A DNA stretch of 64,000 nt from Tubulanus polymorphus (lineage: Eukaryota > Animalia > Nemertea), in the NCBI RefSeq assembly GCF_964204645.1, contig NC_134027.1, positions 20,298,560 to 20,362,559 of the forward strand, in the 5' to 3' direction. The position numbers and the translations under genes were made by a program. How positions within the stretch are numbered: the stretch's first letter is position 1; each line of letters begins with the position of its first letter. Below the pieces are notes generated by a model. That model had not been told where the DNA came from, ran no database searches, and was given only the letters and a program-made list of their open reading frames with translations. This document shows positions 22,970 to 36,100 of the stretch, one piece after another.

Positions 22970-25074
22970 AACTGTCAAACAATTTATCATTTCAACTGTC
23001 AAACAATTTATCATTTCAACTGTCAAACAATTTATCATTTCAACTGTCAAACAATTTATCATTTCAACAGTCGAACGATTTATCATTTCAACTGTCAAAC
23101 AATTTATCATTTCAACTGTCAAACAATTTATCATTTCAACTGTCAAACAATTTATCATTTCAACTGTCAAACAATTTATCATTTCAACTGTCTTATCATT
23201 TCAACTGTCAAACAATTTATCATTTCAACAGTTGAACAATTTATCATTTCAACTGTCAAACAATTTATCATTTCAACAGTCGACAATTTATCATTTCAAC
23301 TGTCAAACAATTTATCATTTCAACAGTCGAACGATTTATCATTTCAACTGTCAAACAATTTATCATTTCAACTGTCAAACAATTTATCATTTCAACTGTC
23401 AAACAATTTATCATTTCAACTGTCAAACAATTTATCATTTCAACTGTCTTATCATTTCAACTGTCAAACAATTTATCATTTCAACAGTTGAACAATTTAT
23501 CATTTCAACTGTCAAACAATTTATCATTTCAACAGTCGACAATTTATCATTTCAACTGTCAAACAATTTATCATTTCAACTGTCAAACAATTTATCATTT
23601 CAACTCTCAAACAATTTATCATTTCAACAGTCGAACAATTTATCATTTCAACTGTCAAACAATTTATCATTTCAACTGTCAAACAATTTATCATTTCAAC
23701 TGTCAAACAATTTATCATTTCAACTGTCTTATCATTTCAACTGTCAAACAATTTATCATTTCAACAGTCGAACAATTTATCATTTCAACTGTCAAACAAT
23801 TTATCATTTCAACAGTCGACAATTTATCATTTCAACTGTCAAACAATTTATCATTTCAACTGTCAAACAATTTATCATTTCAACTCTCAAACAATTTATC
23901 ATTTCAACAGTCGAACAATTTATCATTTCAACTGTCAAACAATTTATCATTTCAACTGTCAAACAATTTATCATTTCAACTGTCAAACAATTTATCATTT
24001 CAACTGTCTTATCATTTCAACCGTCAAACAATTTATCATTTCAACAGTCGAACAATTTATCATTTCAACTGTCGAACAATTTATCATTTCAACAGTCGAA
24101 CAATTTATCATTTCAACTGTCAAACAATTTATCATTTCAACTGTCAAACAATTTATCATTTCAACTGTCAAACAATTTATCATTTCAACAGTCGAACAAT
24201 TTATCATTTCAACCGTCAAACAATTTATCATTTCAACAGTCGAACAATTTATCATTTCAACTGTCGAACAATTTATCATTTCAACAGTCGAACAATTTAT
24301 CATTTCAACTGTCAAACAATTTATCATTTCAACTGTCAAACAATTTATCATTTCAACTGTCAAACAATTTATCATTTCAACAGTCGAACAATTTATCATT
24401 TCAACTGTCAAACAATTTATCATTTCAACTGTCAAACAATTTATCATTTTAACTGTCAAACAATTTATCATTTCAACAGTCAAACAATTTAACATTTCAA
24501 CAGTCAAACAATTTATCATTTCAGCTGTCTTATCATTTCAACTGTCAAACAATTTAACATTTCAACTGTCAAACAATTTATCATTTCAACTGTCAAACAA
24601 TTTATCATTTCAACTGTCAAACAATTTATCATTTCAACTGTCAAACAATTTATCATTTCAACTGTCAAACAATTTATCATTTCAACTGTCAAACAATTTA
24701 TCATTTAAACTGTCAAACAATTTATCATTTCAACTGTCAAACAATTTATCATTTCAACTGTCAAACAATGTATCATTTCAACTTGCAAACAATTTATCAT
24801 TTCAACTGTCAAACAATTTATCATTTCAACTGTCAAACAATTTATCATTTTAACTGTCAAACAATTTATCATTTCAACAGTCAAACAATTTAACATTTCA
24901 ACAGTCAAACAATTTATCATTTCAACTGTCAAACAATTTATCATTTCAACTGTCAAACAATTTATCATTTCAACTGTCAAACAATTTATCATTTCAATTG
25001 TCAAACAATTTATCATTTCAACGGTCAAACAATTTATCATTTCAACTGTCAAACAATTTATCATTTTAACAGTC
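22970..25074 (-). repeat. 24-bp satellite array, right arm (~87 units, inverted)
   Basis: Reverse complement of the left array, with higher-order blocks marked by 15-bp truncated units. Confidence 0.98.
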
Positions 25075-25126
25075 TATTAGATATTTAAATCATTTAACTC
25101 AATTCAATAATTATAATGTAGAATTG

Positions 25127-25747
25127 TTACTCTTTACGCCAGTTTTTATGTTTAATTGTTTCATAATGCTTTGATTTATGTGATTTTGAATATTTACCTC
25201 CGCAATAACAATGAATTTTTTCATTAGGATTGAATTTTCTAAATTCATCATCTAAATTACATTGAACTGCAATATCTTTAAATGATTTTTCATTATCCAA
25301 TTCACATTGAATTCCAATATTTGATGAATTTTCGTTATAGATAATTTGTTTATTATCAAAATTGAAATAATATAATTGTCTTTTTTCAATTCTTAAGTTA
25401 ATCAAATCATTGTAATCTTTTGAAAGTATTATATCATTATTTCTTTCATTGAAAGGAGTTTTAAGAATATTAATTATGTTTTCATCTAAAGTTCCTTTAA
25501 AATTTAAAACTGTATTGAATACTTTAGGATTTTTAACACCATTATCAAAAGTATCTACTAGTTCAGTAATTAAATAAGTTTCATTTGATAATACTTGATT
25601 AATCATAGTTATGTTATCGATTTTATAATGTCTTGCGGACACTAAATTTGTTGCTGAAATATAATTTTTAATGTAAAACTGTGAAAATTATTTATTGGTT
25701 TCATTGATTTCGATTATAAAGTTGGGTTCTTCTTCTTCTTTCTTCAT
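25127..25747 (-). CDS. arm ORF (right copy), inverted duplicate of 19733-20353
   Basis: Same protein except L>W near the C-terminus and K>I in the short pre-stop segment. Same in-frame TAA. Confidence 0.6.
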
Positions 25748-25897
25748 TTTTATAACAAAATTTGTATTAAAACTCATTCAAATATAAATATTCAATGTTT
25801 TAAATATGAATTATTTCACTCACACTTTTATATTGAATAATCTATCAATTTATATGTTATTCATATATATTTTATTCATGTATATGAATATTTTAAG

Positions 25898-26239
25898 AGT
25901 AATAGGGATAATAGGCTTTCATATCAAAGGTTGAAGGGGCGAGTTCATTAAAAATGAAAAACATGAAAATAATAACAATTTCTACTTGAATTAGGAGTGA
26001 AACTCATAAAAAATGAAAAATAATTCTCACACACTCGAATTTATTTCACTCACACTTTACTCACACTTTTTTCTAGCGAGTAAAAATGAAAAATAAATTC
26101 GAGTGTGTGAGAATTATTTTTCATTTTTTATGAGTTTCGCGACTAATTCAAGTAGAAATTGTTATTATTTTCATGTTTTTCATTTTTTATGAGCTCGACC
26201 GTTCGACCTTTGGTATGAAAGCCTATTATCCCTATTACT
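25898..26239. repeat. 342-bp terminal palindrome (right end)
   Basis: Reverse complement of 19242-19583. Confidence 0.95.
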
Positions 26240-27379
26240 AATATGGATCCCCAATCAAGGATCTATTTTCATGGAACTTCTTTTAGTTCCATATTATTAC
26301 GTATTTATGTTTCAGCTCGCGCATTAATTCCTCAATTTACTCCAAACATATCTCTACACGTTGCACTATAATTCCGTATATCGGACTTGGGCCCACTAGG
26401 TAAATTTAATTGGGACTCAAAACGAACGAATGAAGTATTGTGACAACTTTCCCAACGATGAATTAAGGTTAACTATGTGAATGATGTTGTTTCTTATTCA
26501 GATATCAACCTGGGAGCGGACCGGTATGACGATAAATAGAAGTCAACAAAAGAGAGACAATGCTTGATTTACATATCTTTCAACACGATTGATCATATTT
26601 GATTGGCTTGATCAATACTGTATATATTATATGTAATGTGCACAGGCAATCAAAAGTCATAAGTCAGCACTTCAGCATCTTTTCCTGAATCCGAAGACGA
26701 GTTCCCGGCAATATATATTTGCAATTGTACTAAGCAAATTATTTTGAAAGAAACAACCACTTTTAAACTTGACTGGTAACTGAAAATACACAATTGACGG
26801 CAATAGAATGTGTCAGTAGAAATTTCCTGTGATGACAGGCTAGTGAGCCCTAAAAGTACACAACAGTAATAGAGGGATAATTTGCAAGGGAACGGATATT
26901 TTTCTTTTCGTGGAAACGAAATAATGCAACGTTTATCGAGGGAGCGAAGTGTGTTTCGTTCGAACGAAATAACGAAAAGTTACCCAAATTGCCAACATTT
27001 TGAAATGTCCAAATATGGGGATTGCAAAAAAGTATTCATTTTCACCATGTCACCTCCGGGGCTCCGTTTAAAGGCGTTTCACTTAAAATGAAATTCATGC
27101 GCGATGGTAGCGATGTACACTTCTGGGAAGCAATGTCAGAGAAAAATTTGTGTTTGACAATCCGATAATCAGAACAGAACCAATGTCGAGGAATAGTGGA
27201 TCTTCCTTGCTGTGATTGCAGCTTTCATGAGTTTTCGTTACGATTCATTTAAACAATTCAGACATGTAAAGATACTGAGTAAGTACTTTTATGTACGCTG
27301 TATAGCTCTAATATTTGTTCCCGGAATAGCTAAACGTTGTATAACTCGTATCAACATTTTAGGCCTACTGCACAGATAC

Positions 27380-27738
27380 ATGAGGAGAGAATCCCACAAT
27401 GATAATAAAAAGTCCGAAAATGAAACTTCGAGATAGTAGTTTATTTCAACGTTTCGACTATATCCTAATAGTCATCTTCAGGAATAATTACCCCTTAGTT
27501 TGCTTCCCTTTAATCTATTTTAGCGTGTAACTGTTTCTACGTTAATTTTCCTTTAGTTTGTATCATCTCTGATTACTTTAATTAGTCTCTTTGTCTCTGG
27601 ATTGTATATATATATCTCATAATTTCTGTAGTATCTCATTATTCCTGAAGATGACTATTAGGATAAAGTCGAAACGTTGAAATAAATCGAAGTTTCATTT
27701 TCGGACTTTTTATTATCATTGTGGGATTCTCTCCTCAT
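27380..27738. mobile_element. Penelope-like inverted pseudo-LTR remnant
   Basis: ~105-bp inverted arms (ATGAGGAGAGAATCCC... / ...GGGATTCTCTCCTCAT), each containing a CTGAAGA-stem-GAAACGT motif. Confidence 0.65.
27638..27688 (+). ncRNA. minimal hammerhead ribozyme-like motif (mirror copy on the minus strand at ~27440-27488)
   Basis: TTATTC-CTGAAGA-T-GACT(loop)AGTC-GAAA-CGTT-GAAATAA: CUGANGA core, stem II, GAAA, palindromic ACGT stem III and an imperfect stem I. Confidence 0.55.
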
Positions 27739-28044
27739 CGCGTCAACACGGATATAGTGTTCTACCAATCGTGCACAGATACAATTTCGACTAATTGATA
27801 AAAACGTCCTGGGGACATTGCAAAATTAAATTTTTTCAAAAATTTTATACTTTCTTTTTTGATTACTATCATGGATTTTCCAAGTACATGTGATGACCCT
27901 TGTTCCGGGATGCGTTGACTAGTACTTCTTTCAATTTTGGCTCGAAACACTTAAGGCTTGGAACTGATTCAACAAAGGTCGTTGTAGTGTTATCTTCTCT
28001 AAATCCTTTTATAGATCCAATCATTGTTAAATTGATGTAATGAT

Positions 28045-28501
28045 AGATCTGCTCTTGCGCTTGGCAACGTACATCTACCCTAACACAAAAATCGAAACAA
28101 ATATAGGTATGATTTTGATTATCCCCACATATCTACACACGTTTTAAGCGTGCGTCTCAAAATAACAACGCAAATCGAAACAGTCGCACCGACATTACTG
28201 TACCGCCGGTGGCTTGAATATATATTCAGTGTTCAGCATCTTCCAAAAATCGTTGACTGAAACACTTGTGAATAATATTAGTTATTGTCTGACATTTTGC
28301 AACCATTAATTTGGTCTCATTTATTTTCTGTAGAGTTAATCACATACAAATATTACGTATACGCTTCCTATAGCATCCACATTTCATAACCATTTCATTG
28401 TTGAATTGACGTGATGTTAGATCTGCTCTTGCGCTTGGCAACGCACATCCACCCCAACACACCAATCGAAACAAATATAGGTATGATTTTGACTATCCCC
28501 A
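28045..28501 (+). repeat. ~83-bp direct repeat pair (28045-28128 and 28419-28501)
   Basis: AGATCTGCTCTTGCGCTTGGCAACG...TATAGGTATGATTTTGA occurs twice. Confidence 0.8.
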
Positions 28502-29574
28502 CCCTAAACCCTAATAGTCACAATAGGAGTTTCATGCAAAATCGGTCGGCCAGAAACCCTTGGCGCAATTCTCGAGATTATCAATACTCGGAAGTAAAAT
28601 TAGTCAAAAAATTGTGAGTAAAACTTTTCTTTTCGCAAGTGTGTTTCCTTATTGAAAATGAAATAACCAAATGTTGTGCAAGTCATAGCTGATATTCTAT
28701 ATTGGATTTATTCAGACAACCATTTCCTATATAACAAATAACCACTTGTAAATATTCATCGTCCAATCTAACAAATTTTCATATACATAATCATAATTTC
28801 CTCAGACTTTTTGTCAGAAAAAGGTAAGAGCAGAATAGATAAATTAGATATTCATTCTTTCATATTCAGTGCGTCGAAGAACGCGCAGGTGACGTTGTTC
28901 TCAAAACTGTAAGGAAATGAAGAGAAAAAAATAGTCATGAACAAACAGACTAGGCAATTAGATGTCCATAAACATCAAATCAAGGAAACAATCGGTGTGT
29001 TATCTCATATCAGCATTAGAACCCCGGAAAGAGTGTTTCGTCAATGGTTAACCGACTAAATTACTCCATAATAGGCAGCTTCGTTCAGGGACGGTCGGTC
29101 TATGATCGAACCTGCAATTTCGTTAGGGTTACGTGATAGCTATTCAATTCTAGGCTGTCGTTAAGAACTGGAATTTATTCACAATGATAGAAACGTGGTG
29201 CAATTGAAAAATTCATGCTAAAATCCTGATTGGAAATATACAAGGGAGTCATATTAAATCCACGACTGTAGAACTCGGTTCTAGGTAAAATTGAACCAAC
29301 AACACGGGAACTGGTTCAGAGTCAAATTATACTCACAACTACCGTGGAACTGAGTGCGCAAATAAGCAAGAGACCCACTAGAACTGGATCCATAGTCAAA
29401 TCAAACCGACTCGACATCAGAGTTAATGAAGTCGTATTCAAGAATAAAATCTAGCTGGATTTAGGGGTGCTTACTTTGTTCCAATAAAAATTACATAGAA
29501 ATTGGGGTCCAAGTGTAGAATCCAGTTGTAGTTCCAGGACAAATCACATAGTTATATTCATCCGTACTACGGAG

Positions 29575-30050
29575 TATATGCGCAGCTGACTGATTGACTG
29601 GACAACTGCGTAACTGGACGACTAGGCGTCCAGATGACTGGACGACTGAATGACTGGACGACTGGATGACTGGGCGATTGGATGACTGGCTGATTGGGCA
29701 ACTCGCTCAGGTGTTGATGGTGGAGGTAGTGGCGATGATGATGGTGATGGAATTGACAGTCATGAGAATGAAAATGGTGGTGATGGTTCAGATTGGGATG
29801 ATAGTCATGACGGTGATAGGTGATGGTGGAGAGGATGATAGTGATGCTGGAGAAGGTGATATGAAGATGTAGGTGATAGTGGTGATGTCGATGTCGAAGA
29901 AGGCGATGAAGGTGATACTGGCGAAGATAGCGATGATGGTGATACCGGAGAAGGATATGGTAATGATGGTGGTGATAGTGGTGATGTTGTCCAGTCATCC
30001 GGACATCCAGCCATCCAGTCGCCCAGTCATCCAGGCAACCAGTATATATA
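29575..30050. repeat. foldback-like repeat: GACTGGAT arrays inverted around a (GATGGT)n core; related copy at 56230-56660
   Basis: GACTGGATGACTGG blocks on the left, CCAGTCATCC blocks on the right, low-complexity core. Confidence 0.65.
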
Positions 30051-30168
30051 CCGTGTCACTGTCTTCGTATCACGTCGAAATGAATAACCAAATCACTACC
30101 AAAGTATGGAATATTTTCAGACACCCTTACTATTACCCCGTATTCTACACTTTGGCCGGAAGGAGAGT

Positions 30169-33100
30169 TCAGTAATGATAACTTCCGTTATCTCTAAACG
30201 TTAGCCCGTTCTTTTCTATCAATCTATGTTTGCGGGGTTTTTCAAACAGACTCGTTTCATCGCCCAGATCATCGTCATCGCTATTGTCATCATCTACCTT
30301 TCCTTCGGCGATCAGCGGCTCGTACGTGTTGCGTTCCGTCTCGACCGGCACGGTGCCGCCTCGTCGGTAACAACTTTTGGTCAGAAGACAAACGCCGAGT
30401 GACATCACAATTATCGTGCAAACCGCGATCACAACGATGTACGTCTGCAACTCCAGACCGAACGTGTCGAACCACGGAATAAGGCGTTTCGGGAAAGGTC
30501 CGTGTTGGTACTGCACGATCCAAAATTCGTCGAGCGTGACGTTCGTGCTGAACGATTTCTGCACCCACTGTAAATGGGAGTCGTTGTGAGCTCGCATGAT
30601 TCCGTAACTGCCATAAGCATCATCACCCAGCTGATAGGCGGACCACGGCGCTGAAATTAGAACGAAAGATCGAAATATTTCAAAATAATCAATATGAACC
30701 CTACGTACTACACACACATTCAGGAAAAGTCTTAAATTCATTGAAGACATGACTTGTAACGAGCATATATGTTCAGATTTTACAAGGACCATCTGGAGCA
30801 CCCGTGGTGTTCAAATCTGCAGAGTGGCCCCATAACTCTTGACCCATATAGTACCTTCATAACAAGTTTCGTCATATCGGATAATAATTGTAGGACATGC
30901 TTGTAGCGATTTCAAGATTTTACAAGCGTGAACTGTACAGCGCCCCATAGAGTAGTAAATTGGGGAAACGGCTCAATAGATTTTTAGCCCATGGGAAATA
31001 ATATCTATACACCAAATTTCGAGATATCGGATAATAAGTGAAGGACGAGTAGCGATTTCAAGATTTCACAAGCGCAACCTGTACAGCCCCCTAGAGATCA
31101 GTTTAGGAAAACGGCTCTTTAGATCTTTAGATATTGGCCCAATAGTATCGACATACCAAGTTTTGTTAAGATCGGATAATGGTTGTAGGACTAGTAGCGA
31201 TTTAGAGATTTTACAAGCGCCACATGTGCAGCACCCCTGAATGTCAAATTGGAAAAAAAGCTTTATAACTTTTTAGCGCTTGTCCCATATCATTTCCATA
31301 CCAAGTTTGGTAAAGATCAGAACAGAAATGTGACACAAGTAGCAAATTGAAGCAATAAAGTTGACGGACGGACAGATGGACTGTCGGCCAGATGTGCAGA
31401 CAGATGACGACGGCGGATTATCCCCTTAGCCCATCATCTCCGCCAAAAATTCATTCGCAAATGAATAAACTTAACGGTTTGATGTTCCAGGTTTTAAAAA
31501 AGTGACGCTTTTTTATGCTAGAATGTAGAATATCATATAAATCATAATTTTGTAGTAAATTTGGTTACTACCTTTTACCATGTAAGAGCACCCATGGGCG
31601 ACAAGTACCTCCAAAAATATCATGTTTTGTTTACGGCAGAAATGTACGATCGCTGATTCAGGCCATTCTAGAACGGGCCCATTTTTTGTTTGACTGCGCT
31701 AGAAAATTCATTTTGGTTTTTCGCGCAGTAATTCAAAAATTTGGGTTTTCTCACACGATAATTCACAAATTTGTGTTTTTTCTCCAGAGAAAACAAAAAA
31801 TAGGCCGACGGATGTAAAATTTCTTTTTCGTTCCTCTAGCCGTACAGAAAAATTTTTAAGTATGGCCTAAGTCAGCCACAGAAATAAATTTCTTCGCATC
31901 CGGAATTGTCTTCGCCGCGGCTACGAGAAACGAAACATGTTTTTATGAAGGTAATTGTTGTCCATAGGCAGCAGGGGTGGTTCGCTCCTCCCCGGTAGTA
32001 CTCACCAATTTTAGTCTTAAATGTGTCTAAGCCCTCGTTATTTCCGGCGGCTCCGTTGATGACGTGTACGGGTGCTTTAGGTGCTACGTACGACCTTTCG
32101 TAGACATGGCCTCTATACAGCGGCCACGTTCGTTCGTACGAATGCTCGTGAGCCTGCACCACAAGGTCGACGCCGTATTTATCAAAGATATCCTCTAACC
32201 TAGAACAACAGAATCATACAAATTGATATCTATCATAAAGCTAAATGATATTAGAATATCAACCATTTCTAATATTTTATCATACAATAGGGAGGTTATC
32301 GTTTGTTTGCAAAGACCATGCGCATGACGTCATAGTTTATGTGACTGCCAGAGTAACGGGAGGACAATAGGGATCTAGAAACTACTGGAATCAATATGAA
32401 ACCATCAATATTGTGTCGTCATGTGGAAATTACATGGCTGCGCGACTTTGGAAGACAAACACGTGCTAATGAAATCGCGTTTACAGTGACATCATGCTCA
32501 GTGCGGTTTGATCGATATTTTTGCGCGAACATAATCTTTTTTGGGATTAGAAAACTACTCTGTCATGTCAGTCAGATATTGTATATACGAGATCAAAACG
32601 TCCATGGCAGCATGAATTTTGAAGTCCATAGGTCTTCTTGCAGGCATGCAGGCTTTTAAGGCTTGACTACGTCATTTTTTTTATAAACACAATACGTGAT
32701 TTACATTGCACACCTTCGAAGTTTCTAATTCCCCTAATCATCCTTTGGTGTTACGTTTGAAAAGCCTGAAGCGCTGGTTGGAAAATATCATATATGAAAT
32801 CTGCAAGACCTCTATAAGATGTTCTTTCAATTATATATCAATATCTAGGGAGCAGGTGTAGATTTTCCGTAATCTTTTATGATTCAGAAATTCGAAAATC
32901 GGTGAATGTATATGAATCAAGTGTGTTCGAACTTTAAATCGCCAAAAAGCTCTACCGTACCCTGCTCGTAATATCGTATCCCGCTTTTCGCAATCGGGGT
33001 AGTCCGTGTTCGAACAATACATCGGCCGGTGGCCAAACGCTACAATCCAAGGTCGTTCGACGCGACTGACATTAGCTCGTTCAAGATCATGAATTAGCCA

Positions 33101-36100
33101 GGTCTTCTGTAGTTGAATGTTGTGACGATGGTGACGGTCGAAGTAAACTTCTGTTGAATAACTGAAACAAAATTGCGATAATGATAATGATAACGATAAT
33201 AATGATAATAATGATTATGTGCCAGTTCAGTTCGGTTTGGTTCCGAGAAAACGATATGTAACCTGTGTTCATATTGCGCCTGTTTGTAAAATTCAAGGTG
33301 CACGATTGCAAATAGATAATAAATCATGTTTATTTATCCCATACATATACTGACATTTATTTACATTGAATCACTAAAAATTCAAATTTGTAATTCATCA
33401 CGTGGCACCTGTTACCAGTTATTCATCCACAGTTGACATATGATACACAACATAACCATGCATCCGTCTCAAGAGACGATGAGTTGAAAATCGGAGCTTC
33501 ACGGTTTCACATATTGACGATTTAATTTGACTGTGAACAGTATTCAATTATCCATGAATCCATAGTAGACCTACAGTTTAAATTCCTTACTGTGGATACA
33601 GTTCCGTAGTTTCGAGCTTTATCTACCATGGAACCAATTCGGCAGTTGCAGATACTAAGCAAATATTGAGAAACTAAAACCTAATTAAATGAAAATCCCT
33701 GGGAAGGGGCTAAAATCAAATATTTTGGAAAGCTTTCTCAGGAGTCGAAGTAGTCGGGAAAATATTTACGCCTTAAGAATAACTAATACATAGCAAACAG
33801 TTTCCGAGATGGCATTTGAGAGACACGACAACCTTTCGTTATTTCCCCATTCTTTTAAAAGACATATTAAACGAACCTGATAAAATGTATCAGACCGACG
33901 TCAAAACTGTACCATAACTTTTCGACAGGCATCGGCCAGTCTGTATCAGGCATCGAAAATCTCATGCGATAGTGAACGTAATCTTCAAAGTGTTCTGCAA
34001 AATTGAGTTGCGTGAATTATACCTCTATTTTTTGAATAAAGGAATATGACAAATGATTTTAACGTTATTCTGTAATTAAAGTAAAAAAGAATACGACGAT
34101 TTTTTTATAGTCAATTGCTTATCAAATAGTAAAAATTTGCATTTACATTGAGTTTTACTTACCATGGTCTCCTGGTGACGTCATATAGGGCACAGAAGCT
34201 GCCACGGGCTGAATTGTGTTCATAAACTCGTCTCCCCTCTGGAAAACAGTGTAAAAACGTACATATAGTGTAAGACTTAACATTCAGTTAAAGTATCATC
34301 GGTATTATGAATAGCCATGAGATGTACGTATCTGTCGGTGAAACGTGCCTCTAGCTGCTTTTATCCATATATCGGAATTGAACCAACATGGAACTGGAGC
34401 TAGAGTCATATCACACCAACAAGATGTAGGCCTAGGCTCCAGACTGGCTGTGGAAATACACTTGGAAGTGGAACCAGAGACCAATTAAACCCACAACTGT
34501 AAAACTGAATTCAGAGTCAAATTAAACCCACACATTTGTGCACCTGGACCCTGAGATTTGGAAGTAAAACTGTGAATATGAACCCAGGGTGAAATCAAAA
34601 CTACGACTGTGAATAAATTTAAACCAGCTATATATACAATTCAAAAGATTTTTTGACTCTGTTAAAGTAATGTTTAAATCTTTTACATTCTGTACATAGT
34701 GGGTTTATTATCTCAGCGTGCGGTTATTCTACGACCGAGAACAGGATCCAGAAAATTCAACTCTCCACATTCAATTTGCATTAGAATTACTTGGTGTACA
34801 GATACCCTTCTTCCTCCATATTGCAGTGAGAAGTGATAATTACCTTCCCGCCGTCAGTGTGTAGATTAAATGCTAGATCACCATTGTGTATGACAGTTGA
34901 AAATTCGTCGGTTTCTGTAAGTTTCACTAAAGACTGCATGTAAGGCGAATAAGTACCTAGATCTCCATAGATCATAATCTTCGGTACCCATTCCTTAAAA
35001 AGAAATTGACCTGTTTAGTCGCATGGACTAAGGGCCTGTTTCACAGAATGACTAATCATAAAATTAAATATCATCAGTATGATGTATGGCCACCAAATAT
35101 AACTTATGGTCGTTCGTTGGAACAAGGTTTGGCTTTCAGAGATTCGGAGTAAAATCAGTTCATTAATTAACATGCAGAATACGACCGGAAAAATATTAAG
35201 ATTGACAATGTTGTGATCTTTAACCAGTCATTTCCAAATCCAGATGTATCAAATTGGACAGCCAACAAAAGGAAGCTGTAATCAATCGTTTACCCGGATC
35301 AGGCTATGGAATATTTTTTTTACATGTACAGGAACCGAAATTATGTACTTTGATTTTAAACAACAAATTCTGTAAATTCGACCGACAATCTCTGTATGTC
35401 GATTTAAAATTAAGAATCAAATCAAACCATTTACATAAGTAAGAGGGAAAATCATCCATATTTCAAGAGCAAGTTTACTGACCCTTAGTAGCAGTATGAA
35501 TGTACAGTTCTTTTCAATATAGGAAACGAAGAAATGTTGGTTCCTATTCTAACATTCATAAATATGCAAATATATGTTGTAAATTTACATACCTTGTCAC
35601 TATTCTTCAATGTATTGAAACTATTAATCTGCGAAGTCATATTACCGTCAACAACTTTATAGAAATACCTCCTGCCTTCCAATAAATTCTGGAAATAATC
35701 CACGGCCACTAGATGATAACATTTTTGAAAATCTGAAGTATAAGCAGGGGTCAGTAAGATAGACCAGTGTTGATTCTTACCCGGGGGTTTACTCAATTCA
35801 AGTTCAACGGAGTTTGCCCCGGGTTGAAATTGACACTGGTCTCTGCTTATAGAGCACTTAAATCAGTCTATAAAACCTGAGTTAAAAAAGGTTTTCGACC
35901 GGTAGCTCAAAGGATATGCAATGTTCTCCAGGGAAAAGATACCACGGTACTGAGCAGGTATCTTAATGGTCGTTTAAGGAAGTGATGTTAACCGTTATTG
36001 TAATGATTTGGGCTCCGGGCCTAGTCAAGCCGGTGACCTATCAATTCTTCGCACTCTAACCACAGGTTGCCATTAAACAACCGCATGACATCGAGGCCCT

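Larger units (their letters stand above)
19242..26239. mobile_element. non-autonomous Polinton/Maverick-like element with giant inverted arms
   Basis: Termini AGTAATAGGG...CCCTATTACT, 6-bp TSD AATATG (19236-19241 and 26240-26245), near-identical inverted arms, very AT-rich intronless ORFs, and an empty paralogous site at 56651-56788. The boundaries are secure; the superfamily is inferred from the termini and TSD only. Confidence 0.8.

Noticed and set aside
20400-25064. Long ORFs (MINCLTVE)n, (KQFIISTV)n, (SNNLSFQL)n
   Set aside because: By-products of a stop-poor 24-bp satellite. Frames shift freely at truncated units.
20406-25074. CRISPR-like array
   Set aside because: Units are directly adjacent with no unique spacers, there are no cas genes, and the context is eukaryotic.
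29567-30175. His-rich and Met/Val-rich ORFs (also 56175-56784)
   Set aside because: Low-complexity (CAT/CAC)n repeat core with no splice or domain support.
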